From contig NC_042997.1 in NCBI RefSeq assembly GCF_006345805.1, positions 1,426,001 through 1,490,000 of the forward strand: a DNA stretch of 64,000 bases, read 5' to 3'. Below, one piece after another: positions 42,342 through 56,885 of the stretch (position 1 is its first letter; every line of letters begins with the position of its first letter). Both the position numbers and the translations under genes were made by a program. The notes under the pieces are model-generated. The model had not been told where the DNA came from. It saw nothing but the letters and a program-made list of their open reading frames with translations, and did not search any database. This DNA comes from Octopus sinensis (taxonomy: Eukaryota).

Positions 42342-42968
42342 TGCCCTAATGCAGTATGAATACCCTGATGTAGGACCAATGCCCTGATGAAATACCAATG
42401 ATGAAGTACCAGTGACTTGATGCAGTACCAATGCCCTGATATGGTACCAGGTACTGATCTGAACTGATTTAAAGTGTTATCCGGTACATCACTTTATCTT
42501 GGTATTAAAGATGTGCTATAACAAATATTCTGTTTAATCCCGCAGATTTACTTGTCAGATGCTTGACCACAACCAGCTGAGCATGTCCCTTAGTGGCTGA
42601 CGATATGTGCATCTCTGATCACGAGCAGTAGTTGGAGAGTATCACAGCCATGTCTTCAGAAGAATTCTTTGGGCTTTGAATAAATCGCCTCTGGATAAAT
42701 AGGTGTTTCATTCAATATCCTTAAAAACCTTCATTCAGAGACGTTTTGTGACGGATGGGCTACTCGATTTGTAGATAATTCTAATTGGGTCCCATCTGAA
42801 ATATCATGATCTATTTATCGTCTTATGAGACAACTATGTCAAGCACATATTCTTGTGAAGCATGTGCCTGGTGTACCATTATCAGAGAGATAGTCACGAT
42901 AGGTACGCTGGGTTTCATGTATTTTAAGCCAGTATCACTTTGATGGTATGCACTGCTCTCTCACTCAC
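42340..42968 (+). mobile_element. TAA-flanked interspersed repeat with a 19-bp minisatellite at its left end
   Basis: (TAA)n on both sides; about six copies of an ATGCCCTGATGCAGTACCA-like unit at 42341-42449. Confidence 0.6.
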
Positions 42969-43004
42969 ACAATAATAACAATAATAATAGTAATAATAAT
43001 AATG

Positions 43005-43086
<82 letters not shown>

Positions 43087-43087
<1 letters not shown>

Positions 43088-43190
43088 CCATCAGAGCATC
43101 ACAACAAATCACAGCACATACCCAAGGCACACAGAGCTGCGCTCGGTAGTGAAGTGAAAGCACGCTATAAAAATAAAAATAAAACTACTG
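43087..43190 (+). mobile_element. Probable 3' tail of another TAA-associated LINE family
   Basis: About 100 bp of unique sequence (…GAGCTGCGCTCGGTAGTGAAGTGAAAGCACGC…ACTACTG) between two (TAA)n tracts. Confidence 0.55.
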
Positions 43191-44040
43191 AATAATAATA
43201 ATAATATTAATAACAATGTTACTTATTGTAATGGAGCAAAATATTTGTACGGGATAGAATGAAAGGCGTAGCCCAGGCCTGCGTGATATAATCTCAAACT
43301 ATGATGAGATGAAATAAAGACAGAAATATAATTTTAAAAGAAAAGAAGACATCAGTTTACCTTCATAATGATTCCGACTGTATATAGATCACCATCAGAG
43401 AATATAAAATAATGATCACTTCCATTATCATCTATTTTTATGTCGTAAAGAGCTTATATATATCACTTGTTATGTATTTCTTTTTTTGTTTTAATTCCTA
43501 GTTGGGATATAAATCATTATATATATATATATATATTCTAGCAGAAGTGGAAAAGAAAAAGGCAATAATGTTTTATTTCAGTGGCATTATCACTGGTGAT
43601 AATACTGTAGAAAACGTTAATATGTGTTGTAAATGATTCATTCAAGATCAATGATATAATGTAAGAATGAAAGAAAAAATTTCGATGCGGATAATGTGTT
43701 TTCTATATCCTGTAAATTCCGACAGCAAGATGTTGCTGACGCCGCTATTGTAGTGATGATAATGATGATAATTAAGTGGTTGCATTTGATGTTACGCCGG
43801 TTGGCGAAGACGATGTTGAGGAGGAGGCATTCCAAAATGAAGAATGAAACGCCAATTATGAGATCCAGTACATCAAGAACACTACTGCAAAAAAAAAATT
43901 TTAAAGATATTTTAGTCAAGTAAATTCTTTTTATAACATGAAAAGTCGCTCTATTATTAAACAAAATTCTAAATTAAACAAAAAATTCTAATGTTCGATA
44001 ATGTATTTTGAGGTCAGGTTTAACGAAATCCAAAATAATA

Positions 44041-44828
<788 letters not shown>

Positions 44829-45633
44829 ATTTTTTGTTCAATTCAAAAAGCTTAAAGCTAAATTGTAAATAGTAGGAGAGGGCAAAAGTAAAATAATATT
44901 CGAATCACGAGCAATAATACATACATATATTCGTACATGTCAATACTTTTGCGTATGCAGTGCATTGTACCCTTAGGCAAGTCACAAGATTTAGACGAAG
45001 TAATTGAAGAAATATAACTTTTACATTAAATGTTCTCTATTCCATGTTAGTGGTATATAGAATTCTAAAATCGCACTTTTAAAAATTCTGTTTAACAGTT
45101 ACGTGAAATGCTTAAGACTGAGGAAGAGTCTTTGAACGGTGTTATTTAATATATAATTTCATGTATTGAGGAAGTCATTGATCATTATTCTCTTTAACAC
45201 GCTACTGTGAATGGTGGGCAGTACTACATAGAAATGATTCTATAACTCATATCAATTTTCATATTTAACTATTTAGAGTGAAAATGAAGACTAACTGAAC
45301 GTGGAAATGCTTAAACTTTTACAAAGATGCATGTTAACGTGTACACTATAACATCATACTTCACTTTATAAAGAAATTAAAGTTGATTCTATGGCTTGTT
45401 TCCTAATACCATGTGATGTACAGAAAATAGAAATCATAAGTCGCTCAAAATTTTAAAGTATTCTATAAAATCATTGTATACATCTAAACTAGATACATGT
45501 ACGCATACATACATTCACAAATACATATGCCCGTACATATGCACACATATTTTCTCATGTAGGTATCTGTATGTATATGTATGTATGCATGTATGCATCT
45601 ATATTTGTATCCATGCTTGTATGTGTATATCAC

Positions 45634-45634
<1 letters not shown>

Positions 45635-45731
<97 letters not shown>

Positions 45732-45780
45732 ATCTGTCTGTTTATCTGTCTGCCTGTCTGTCTATCTGTCTATCTATCTG

Positions 45781-45817
<37 letters not shown>

Positions 45818-45848
45818 ATATCTATCTTTCTTTCTATCTGTCTGTTTA

Positions 45849-45933
<85 letters not shown>

Positions 45934-45972
45934 ATGTCTGTCTGCCTGACTGTCTCTCTGTTTATCTATCTT
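45635..45972. repeat. (TCTA)n/(TCTG)n array
   Basis: Direct reading. Confidence 0.95.
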
Positions 45973-46109
45973 TCTCCCTATATATGATGTGAATTGCATG
46001 CACACTCAAAATAATAAAGGGACACGATTTGAATGGAGGAAATTTATATCAACGTAATACTGGAAATTTGAATCGGTGTCGAAGTACAAAGCATTTTAAG
46101 ATAGATTCT

Positions 46110-46303
46110 GTTCTATATTTAAGAGAAAATGAATTATATACATTATTTACACTATTTACATTTCGCGGATATTTGTCCTCATCTTGTTTGTTGTTAACAA
46201 CCTTTCGGCTGATATACCCTCCAGCCTTCACCAGGTGTCGTGGAGAACTTTTGAACCTGGGTTCTCATACGTAAGGTATTTTTCAATGTTGTTGTTGTTG
46301 TTG

Positions 46304-46365
<62 letters not shown>

Positions 46366-46522
46366 GTTATTATTATTATTCAGGTCGCTACCTGGAATAG
46401 AACTCGGAAGCTTGGGGTTAGTAGCCCGCGCTCTTCACCACTACGCAATATACTCATGGGGCACTATTTATTGTAGTGGTTAAGAGCCCGTAGTTGTTAA
46501 GAGCGCGGGCTACTAACCCCAA
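46110..46522 (-). mobile_element. tRNA-headed, HHR-tailed element (family H1) with an inverted second head
   Basis: Minus strand: tRNA-like head 46447-46379, (TAA)n(CAA)n, degenerate HHR 46196-46239 (CUGGUGA...GGCUG/CAGCC GAAAG), then the same tail as 7620-7740. An inverted head copy lies at 46473-46522. Confidence 0.8.
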
Positions 46523-46769
46523 TCTAAGAAAGCTTACGCTTTGGTGAGGATTATCATAAAACAGATTAAATTGTCCGATTTGCTTTTGCTGCTACTTCAC
46601 TCATTAGACTTGGAATTCCTGCTGTATTCTGTTATATCAATTAAGAGGATTTTAAAGACGTGGATTTTTTTGTTGTAACAATGATGGGCGCTCCAATGCT
46701 ACCGTAAGGCCCTACCTTGCTTAGATTATGGCCAAACAGGTAGATCATATATATATATATATGTATATA

Positions 46770-47052
46770 CATAAAACGTTGTTATTTTGCCCTCCCCTCT
46801 CTCTCCTACTCTTTTCCTTTTCGTCTTTTCTTCTTTTCTTCTCCTTTGCTTTTCTTTCGTCCTTTTTACACCTTTTGAAATCCACAAGTGCTTTTTTATT
46901 CTCTCTCTGTTTATTTCCTCCTATCCCTTTCTGTTGAAGAGCGTAGGCTCGAAACGTAGAAGAGTTTCTCACTTTCCCTAGTATCAAACTAATATACCTG
47001 CTTATTGTTTATACACCTGCCTACGTGTTATGTTTTTCTGTAAATATCAATT
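46770..47052 (+). mobile_element. HHR-bearing repeat, family H3, between (TA)n tracts
   Basis: 46927-46962: CUUU-CUGUUGA-A-GAGC(GUAG)GCUC-GAAA-CGUA-GAAG (A6U). Layout resembles family H2. Confidence 0.7.
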
Positions 47053-47054
47053 CC

Positions 47055-47087
<33 letters not shown>

Positions 47088-47095
47088 CATACATA

Positions 47096-47179
<84 letters not shown>

Positions 47180-47610
47180 TATATATAATATATACATATA
47201 TATATATAGAAAAAGAGAGAGAGAATGAGAGAGAGAGAGAGATCAAAATGCAAACGTTTTGGTATGACTTAAGGACATTGAAATTATCTATATAATGAAA
47301 GATATACATAAAATCTTGTACATTATTATATAGCGTTTTTATAACATAGCTAAATCAAATGTTTTTATAAAGTCTTGCCAAACCGTTTGTCTTTTATTTA
47401 TGTTTTAATTTATACATATTCTGTTTTAATATATACATGCTCAAGGAGAAGTTACTTCTAGTTGCTTTAGAAAAGTAGTAAAAAATTCACATTTTCAACT
47501 GCAGTTCAAACCGGAATTTTAGCGGTGTACCAATCTGAACACCCAGGGCGCATACATGTTAGTTTGAGTCATCCAATCAAAAATTCCCCTTCTCTATCTA
47601 TCTATCTATA

Positions 47611-47678
<68 letters not shown>

Positions 47679-47687
47679 AATCTAAAA

Positions 47688-47811
47688 GTACGCGTGTCTG
47701 TTGAGTTTCTGACTGTGGAGCGCACAGACACTAGCACGTTAATTTCACGAGCAAACTGTTCTGTTGGTCAGAGCAACTAGAACACTCATCGTCATAACCG
47801 ACGGAGTACCA
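47688..47811 (+). mobile_element. Probable SINE 3' tail remnant
   Basis: GCACGTTAATTTCACGAGCAAACTGTTC...ACCGACGGAGTACC following a (TCTA)n tract; resembles a repeat tail from memory only. Confidence 0.45.
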
Positions 47812-48640
47812 GTGTTTTAAGCATATATTTTACAATACATGAAGTATCAGTTTACCGATCCTTGATAGTGATTTGCTGCGTGTTGCTTATTGTAAGACGT
47901 TTTTGAGTTTTCTCGTGCCCGAGACAAATATTTTATGAGTCAACCAGTTGCCATGTTGACAATACCTGTGACGAGGAAGTTATGAAGAAACGAATATTAA
48001 TGTCTTGCTATAAAAGTAAACTTTGTTGGTTTTTCCATTTGATGGGATTTAGCAAAATATTTTCTGTTGAAAAGCTTTCGGTTATGATCTCACTTCTTTC
48101 CTCCAAACGTGGATGAAGACTCTCAAACGAAGATTAAGAGCCAACCAACCAATCTTTTTCTGAGCAATTAAAAGTTTGGGTTGTTGATATGATGAAGGAT
48201 GGTTACAGGAAATTTAAATGAATATTTTGGAAACAGGGACACGAGAAATTGTGCAACTGAGTGAAACTTATTATCGAACATTTCAATGGTTCGATATTGC
48301 TGGCAGTTACTTATCTACGTTATCAAAAAACAATGAACTCCCAAAGGCGGGTAATATATTTGTATGCACTTTATTGGTAGTTATAAGAAGTGAGATCTGA
48401 AACCGTGGAAACAAGTCAGCAACGTGCGAGAATAATTCCTCGGTGGTCTCTCCTTTACTGAGAAGCAATACTGTTAATAGTTTTATCTATTACGTTTGAA
48501 ATATGTGAAATAAAATCATAGTGTGATAGCTTACAAGGTCAAGGAAATCTCTAGAAGGATGTGATATAAGGCAACATTCTTTAAAGTTTTGGATCGTTTT
48601 ATATAAATAAAGAAAATATTCAGTTTCCCGAGTATATAGG

Positions 48641-48960
48641 TTAGCTCCGCATTACAATGCTTAAAATATGTTTCTTTTTTGTTTTATTGGTTTTGGGGGA
48701 CTGGCTATTTTGGTCTATATAATTGAGTGGCCGTGTGAAAAATGAAATAATGAAAGAATGTTTCGAAGAGCTCTTGTGGGGAATGTTCCTTTTAAAGGTG
48801 GAATCAATGAAGGTGGCAATGTGCACATGTTTTTCAAGTACCTTTGGGGTACTTTTATTTAAATATATTCTGAGGGTTTCTGTAAATTCCGTTAGCAGTG
48901 GACGAACAGAATTGGCTGCAATTTGAGTTTCAGCAGGCATATCAGATTTTAGTACCTAAT
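48641..48960 (-). pseudogene. Possible hAT transposase remnant
   Basis: HIATFIDSTFK resembles the hAT motif (L/I)ATxLDPRFK. Confidence 0.45.
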
Positions 48961-50849
48961 AAAGCAATCGTTGCTTTTCAAGTGGACGTCTCGCCATATT
49001 TGGAATACAGATGCGAAATATTTGATATCCTCTGACATTACTGTTTTGTTACAAATACCCCCTCTTTTGTCAATTCAGAAAACTTCATAATTTGTTTGGG
49101 ATTTAACGATTTCGAATAGTAAGAAGCATTGAAACATTTGAGATTTTTGAAATTGTCGTCTAAATTGCAAACACGTTAAAGTTAATGGCGTATTTACTCC
49201 AAAATTACAAGCGTCAGTTTAAGATTTGCTCATAGATAGGTATTATATGAGATTCTCCATACAGGACAAATATGAAAGAGCTGTTTAATTCACATACTCT
49301 TATACCCAGAGAACATAAAATGTGACTATCTTTATTATTGCTATACCTCCTCCAAAAGTAGATCATTCATATACTTTGTTCTCATTGTTGCAATTTCCCA
49401 TCTTCCGTAATATTGTATTTTATTCTTGGCTTCGTTATTATATTTTTTGTAGATCATAACAAAGATGAGTGATTTGTAATGGATTACTTGTAAAATATAT
49501 GGTAATATACGAATATTAATAGGCCTCTAACTTATTGTCAGCAGGAAAGTCAGATTTAGTTCACAAAATACATGGTTTTAATTCGATTTCTATATATTAC
49601 CAAATTACATTAAATTATTGCTTTAACAAAATTCAGCATTATTTTGCTTTAATTAAATTCTTTAACGGTTCTTAAATTTATAATTCAAATGCCTCAGTTG
49701 TTGAATTATAGAATATTTCGCGGTGCCAACATTAATTCTAATTCCAGTTGATTCGTTTAATTAGAATGTATTCCTTCAATGTATGAAGGCCGTTTGCATC
49801 TATAAAACATAATCTGGTTGTGTTTCTACACTTTCCCTCTGCTTACGCTCTTTTATGGTATTGCGTAGAACGTTTACTACTCACCTTGTGTCTGAATTAA
49901 AACTTAATCCATTGATATAAATAAATAATTGCACGAAATGCAGGAATCATCATGGATATAATTTAGATTTATCTTTTAGTGCTTTAAACATTTAGACCAA
50001 CATTGGTTTGTCATAGGAGTCGTGATGCTATTTCAGTCACAATTACCCAATGCGTGTCATTGATTCTTTTGTTTCTCACATGATTACCACTGTAGGGAGC
50101 TACATTTTATAATATCCCTTGCTTGTGTATAAGCTTTTCATATATATGAACTTAGAACTACATATAACGTTGATTTCATAAATGCTGAAATGGCTACATG
50201 AAATGTAAGATGAATATTAAATTTGATACCTTCATTCAAACATGTTGATGGTACTGGAATTTATCGACCACTAAGGAAATAACTGAATTAAAAGCAAAAC
50301 CACACTGGGATTGGTGGAAAAAATAACCGCACCTTTGTTATGCATCACCTTGTATTTCAAATAAAAATCATTAAATCTATTTTAAAATATGTAATTATTC
50401 ATGTTAGAGTTTAGATAATTTTAGTATTAATGATGAATGCAGTTATTTTAGAAAGTTATCTATAGAGATGAAAAGAAAACAGAAAATGTATTTGCTTTGA
50501 AAATGATGTCAGATAGCTAATCAAGAAATAAATAGAAGACATGAAAGGGAAAGAGTAACACTAGATAGAGTAAACGTAAAATAGAGATATCGAAACGATA
50601 AGCTTTCTGCACAATGTAAACGGAAAGTGCAGATTTTGAATAATTTGTTACTTCAGTAGTATTACAAGGAGATTAGAATATAAGATATGAATCTCCAGAT
50701 ACAATTCAATGTCTGTCAGTTTATATTTATTTATCTAATTAGCATTTATCTGATATTTGTGTACGCGTGTAATCGCGTGCGCATATATATATTATATATA
50801 CATACATACTTACATACATACATACGTGCATACACACGCACATACACAC

Positions 50850-50897
<48 letters not shown>

Positions 50898-50898
50898 T

Positions 50899-50931
<33 letters not shown>

Positions 50932-51140
50932 TGATCGATAGATTGATAAATAGAAACATAGATAGACACAGAGAGATATACTGAGAAAAAAGAAAATATG
51001 CAGCTGAATTCTGATTTTAAAATGCTCGCTTCGAGAGTTGCATTCCCTCGCGTTCGGTACAATGTGTTTAATTTAGTATGGTAGTTTTGACTTTAAGAGT
51101 CCCTCCTAGCGTGAGGCATTTATGTATAGTAATGCCCTTA

Positions 51141-51204
<64 letters not shown>

Positions 51205-51205
<1 letters not shown>

Positions 51206-51562
51206 ATTCTGCTAGACTTTAGACTGCTAGACTTTAGAACATTTATAGATAGGAGGTCTTATAGCTGTTTCCATGATATTTATTATATCTCTTCATCGGA
51301 GACAATGTGAGAGGATGGTTAAGTAATAGTTAATTTAGGTAAGATACAAAATACTACACGTCTCGCATCTATTTTCTCTCCTCCACCTCACTCTCTATTT
51401 TATATATTATCTAAATTAACTATTACTTAACCATCCTCTCACACCGTCCCCGATGAAGAGATATAATAAATATACTGGAAACAGTTGTAAGACCTATCTA
51501 TAAATGTTCTAGAATTTACATAGCCTTGTTTTTTTTTATCTCATTACGAAAAATATTTTATA
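51205..51562. mobile_element. Fold-back element with two inverted HHR variants (family H4)
   Basis: About 110-bp arms (51235-51347 and 51402-51511). HHRs at 51256-51303 (-) and 51446-51493 (+): GUCY-CCGAUGA-stem II-GAAA-CAGYURUA-AGAC. Confidence 0.8.
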
Positions 51563-51704
51563 TACACACGCTGGCATATGACCAACGTTGAACCCTGATT
51601 CACATAATCACCGAAACTGGAACTTAACTATGGTCTATCTATAGCACTTATTCAGCATTACCTGACACCTCCGGGTCTCAATGACACCATTACATCTCAT
51701 AACC

Positions 51705-51735
<31 letters not shown>

Positions 51736-51789
51736 TCTAAGTACGGTGAATAAACTATTGTTGAACTTACGAAAATAACACTCTCGTCT

Positions 51790-52284
51790 CAGATTTTCCA
51801 TTTGCTTCAGCCAGGTCTTCCAGACGACGTCGGAATCTCCAGCAACTATTCTGGACCGTTTTCTTGTTTATATTCATGAATGCTGACATAATCCTTGCCT
51901 TCAGTTCATCTTTGGTGTTACAAGGAGTTTTGTCGGTCTCTCGCTAAAATGTAACCCACACGAAATAATCAAAGCGTTTGCAGTCTGGGGAGTTAGGTAG
52001 TCAGAAGTTAGGAGTGGTGTGGTCACAAATATTGTCACAAATATTGACAGCCATGACTGGGTTCACCTGGTTGTGTGGAATGGTGCTAAGACCTGTTGCT
52101 AGACATAGGTCCTTCCCGCCATCATCTTCTTCTCCCAGGGCTGCACCACCTCTTCCAGCCACTTGATGTAGGCCTCTGTGTTGTGTGTGAGGCCGTGTGG
52201 GAAGATGAATGGAGGCATAACTTTGCCATCACTACTGATCACTCCATACTCCATGATGTTGACTGGATGCTTTATTTTTATCAC
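51790..52284 (-). pseudogene. Tc1/mariner superfamily (maT/DD37D-like) transposase C-terminal fragment
   Basis: KHPVNIMEYGVISSDGKVMPPFIF...YIKWLEEVVQPW, then LPNSPDCKRFDYFVW, NTKDELKARI, RFRRRLE. Confidence 0.8.
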
Positions 52285-53449
52285 TCTCGGTACATGCCTT
52301 CAGATTGCATTGTGTTTTCAGGAAGTACTTATAACCGATAAACTCACTGTATAGTATAAATACAAATGATAAAATAACAACAAAACCACAACAGAAATTT
52401 CAAATTCATACAAATTTGTCGAAGAATTCAGTGGGACTTAGGAGAAAAACTATGAAGATAAATGAGATATATGTGTAAATACAAAAGGGTTTAAACATGT
52501 GATCCTGTGAACCGCTGAAATATATAAGACGCAGCAGTTATGATGAAGGACATGTAAAATGTAATGACATCCCAAAGCAGGCACCACAAAATTTCCATAT
52601 CAAAACTGATCTGTACAGCCACAAGCTTGTATATGATGAAAAAATAACGAATCGAAAGGACATTGGAGACAGAATAATGAGAATGTCGTAGAACGCAACC
52701 GTTTCCCCAGCGAAAATAATGACAGCTGAGAGACATTAGACATGCAACACAAAAGCTTTAGAGTGTATACTAAAATAGCATTACCAATTTAAGAAAGATA
52801 AGAATGATTTAGAAGTATATGGATGTCAGCTTAAGCTTTCGTATTTCAGCTCAAGAATTCACAAAACGAAGTATATGAATGATATAATGAAAGAGACGGT
52901 GACGAACACCAATTGAACCGGTCAAATTATATAAGATTAATATGGAATTAATACGGGCTGGAATTACATTGTCGACTAAGGTGGATGAAATAAAAATGTG
53001 GAATGCTAAGCAGTTGAAAATTATAAACTGCCAAAATTAGGAAAGCGACATCTCAAAATAGGTATATACATAAAAAAAGTAGCGGTGCCGGCCAATGAAA
53101 CATAATTATATTCTCACATTGGTAGACTTACATCGGTTTAACCTGGAATACTTTCAAACAATGATTCGTACAACACTCGCCTTCGTTTAGAATGTCGTAT
53201 CTAATAGTACTCATCTAAGTGTACGTGGAGCCTGTGGACGATGGTGATTCGCCACTTATAAACGGGAACATCCGTGTCAAAACAAATAAGGAGAAGGTAC
53301 AGAGAAGGAGGTTAGGTCGTTACACCACGGAAAAATTAAAAGTACTGACATTGGGAAGAGCGTCCTCAACAAAAGAGACGAAGCATTTACGCGTTGCCCC
53401 AACAAATAAAAACGCTTCAAACTAGGAATCTCCAAAGATATTTCCATCC

Positions 53450-54560
53450 TAAAACAAAGCCAAAGCACAAGCCGTAATCCTTATATTCACCTCTTTTACA
53501 AATGCCTGCCTCTCTCCAAACGAAAACAATTCTCTTACCACCTATTTTAGTCCATTGATTTATATGGCAACAGGCAAATAATTGAAAATGACAAATAATG
53601 TCATGTATGAGAATTTTTTCTCTTGCAAAACGGACAACTACCTCCGTGGCTGATACTGAATTCACGTCGTGTTTGCTTCCCTTCCTTAATTTGCCTGTTG
53701 TTGCCTTGTCTGTGTTTCCATACATGTTCCTAGCGTCCACTTCAAATCTATCCCGAAATGATTTCAGAAAGTTGTCTGAAAAATAAATTAGTTTCACCAC
53801 TTTCTTCAGATAAACTTCAATTCAAGCCGGCTAACAAATGCTTTGTTTCTAATATTAAACCGTACGAAAATATCTAATAATTTCATGACAATTTCAGTGT
53901 GTGTGTCAAAGTCTGAGCTTCTTATTTTACTTTAGATATTTGTTTCAAGTCATCTTCAAGATCTCTGAATGCAGTTTGAATGTAGTTATATCTTCAATGA
54001 GGCTTTCAGTATTCTTAGCTTTTTCTGAACGGTAAACGTCTGACAAGAAATTCAAAGTTAGTGCCCTTTCATTTCCTTCCAAATATCCCGTTAAAATTTT
54101 CCATCTGTGTGGTGGTGCAGAACTAATAGCATTGTATCTCAGAAAGAACATAATACACGATGACTGCTAGTCAATATAAGTACGGCCTGGGGTTGAATCT
54201 ACGGAAGTTGAGAATACCTGGTAGCCTAAGTTCTGCATCAGTATGGATCTTAACATGTTTTGACATCAAGAGAACAATTTCTGCTGATGGTAGACGATAA
54301 GTATGTCTATCTACCGCGTCCAGGATTGCTAAATACTTTTAAGTCATCCACCAGAAATGTATGAAATTGTGCAATAAGTTCCATCTTTCTTAAACATATC
54401 CTCAGTACCAGATTTCTGAATGGCTTGATATATTCATACGAGCAAAAACGGTGCAAGTCTTTTGTCCATTTATTCTTGTTTACCTGTTGTATTCTCTTCT
54501 ATTATGTGAAAAATCATTTGGTTTTGTTCATGTGTTTTACTTCTTTTTTCCTGTTTCCAA
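53450..54560 (-). pseudogene. hAT transposase remnant
   Basis: YNAISSAPPHRWKIL...LTLNFLSD resembles the hAT pattern FFSxSxxRW...LKxLSxTRW. Boundaries approximate. Confidence 0.55.
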
Positions 54561-55997
54561 TCTCAGATGCAGTTCGTGTTTAAAATCTTGTCACTTGCAT
54601 GATATCAAAGTACAGTAAAAGCAACAAATGCAAATCTTGTCGGGCTATTCAAGACACACTATTTTCAAATGATACTCATCATTCCAATGGATAGTAGAAA
54701 ACATTTAACTTTTAAACAACAGCCGTGTTAATGCTGTTTGGCTTCACCTGATTGATAACGGCATTGCCTTTCAGGTTTGGGATCGGATACATTTTTATTT
54801 TGACATAACTAATATTGGCAAAAATCATTGCTGAGATTGGAGCTCATGATGGGACTTTTATATTCATCTCAGCAGAATGTAGTGATACATCATTTTCAAT
54901 ATTTTATGCTGGTATGTTAATCTTAATTTTAGGAGAGTATTAGGGAATGTGGCTAGTTCATCGAATGGAAAATCTAGTACTGACTATCAGGAGTTTCCCT
55001 TCAACAAAGCGAAGCAACATTCTGTAAGTCTTTGTGTTCACGTCAATACAGCAGTATTTCTCCAAAACTTAAAGTGGTAAACTTTTCTCCCCTGACCTCT
55101 AGACAATTACTTTTTCCGTAGCATATAGAATATTCTGTGAGAAAATTTCATTTCGATAGGAGCAAGAAGAAAATAGTTTTAAAATAAGATAAACTAGGAA
55201 TGGAGTAGTGATGTAGATACCATTTAATTGTACGACAGGCTTACTAAGCCAGGTAGGTTTTGTATACCTCTTTTATTCCCATGCTTGTGCAGATATGTAG
55301 GCCTGCTGGCAGAATTAATGAAAACGATTAACAACATTTCTAAAATTACAGATTATAGATTTCATTTCCCTCAAATTACATCTCTTCAAAATTATCTGTC
55401 ATTTTTATGGGTCTATGGAAACAAAATAACGCCACAACAAACGCCTGTGAAAAAAACATAAACTGAAAAAGACTTACGTACTTCATGGATCTCTGAATAC
55501 TCCAAGTTATATTATGATGATATCAGTACTTACAATATTGCTTTCACTTTTGTTCATTAAGATGGCGTCAGAGATATCTGAGAGTTGTTGGTCTTAAAGA
55601 ACTTGAAAAAGAAAAAATAGCGAAACTGAAAGCTTAAATAGCAAAATGGTACCAGCAGCATTGACAGGTACTAAATCACTGTCATCAACAACAACTTTTT
55701 GCGAAAATTGAAATGGTATGGTAAACATCAGCCAGATTTATATTTCATTTTGAACAACACGAAAATAAGGATAACAACGACTTGCAATACATGGAAAATG
55801 ACACGAACAATTTAAAAATCATTTCTTAAAAACAAATTCCGGTAGATTTAAAAATTTTATATTCAAACAAAAAATTCCAAGTAAAACTTTTGGAAGATAT
55901 AACGTTTCTTACATTTGCATAAATATGATTAGTCTACAAAAATACTTTCTGTGTCGAATTTTGGTTAAAGTTTAGCGTTGGCAATATATGTGTGCCT

Positions 55998-56281
55998 GTA
56001 TCCCGCCGAGGTCGGCTTTGCCTATCATCATTTAGTGGTCGATGAATTAAGTACGTATTTCTTTACTACCCACAAGGGGCTAAACACATAAAGGACAAAC
56101 AAGGAGAGACAAACGGATTAATTCGATTATATTGACATCAGTGCGTAACTGGTACTTATTTAATCGACCCCGAAAGAATGAAAGGCAAAGTCGACCTCGG
56201 CGGCAGTTGCGTACTGGGGTCGATCTAACTGATTGCCCCTCCCCAAAAATTTCGGGTGTTGAGCCTAGAGTAGAAAAGAAT
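55998..56281. mobile_element. Family-B SINE (+) interrupted by an antisense SINE of a sibling family
   Basis: The plus copy is split at AAGTAC|CAGTTG. The insert 56056-56203 carries the same core inverted, with a different tail. Confidence 0.8.
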
Positions 56282-56494
56282 ATATTGTGTATGTGTGTAT
56301 GTGTATGTGCATGCGTGCGTGTGGGAATATCTAATCGCATATACAATAACCTGAAAACTAGTGGTCATTGCCAGGTCATGGACAGAAAAACGATCCAAGA
56401 GATTGTGTAATAAGGACAACGGCACCTATCTACTTACATACCTACCTACTCACGTACGTATGTATCCGTTTATTATAAACACGCACACGGACGG

Positions 56495-56526
<32 letters not shown>

Positions 56527-56527
56527 T

Positions 56528-56668
56528 GTTGTATTTAGGAATGGTCATTTTGCCAGTTTAGCCAATAAAAACACACGCACTATATATTTGGCGTTATTAT
56601 TGGCGTTGTTTCAGCGTTATTTATTTTTTTACATTAAACTTAATCTTATTGGCTAAACTGGCAAAAAA
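56528..56668. repeat. Small fold-back element between (TA)n tracts
   Basis: TTTTGCCAGTTTAGCCAATAA and TTATTGGCTAAACTGGCAAAA form a perfect 21-bp inverted repeat. Confidence 0.7.
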
Positions 56669-56718
56669 ATCTTGCAAAAAAATATATGAACCTATATATA
56701 TATATATATATATAAGAG

Positions 56719-56780
<62 letters not shown>

Positions 56781-56788
56781 TATACATA

Positions 56789-56884
<96 letters not shown>

Positions 56885-56885
56885 T

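Noticed and set aside
42383-42410. CTGATGA motif
   Set aside because: Part of the 19-bp minisatellite, with no stem II or GAAA. The short diverged units without spacers are also not a CRISPR array.
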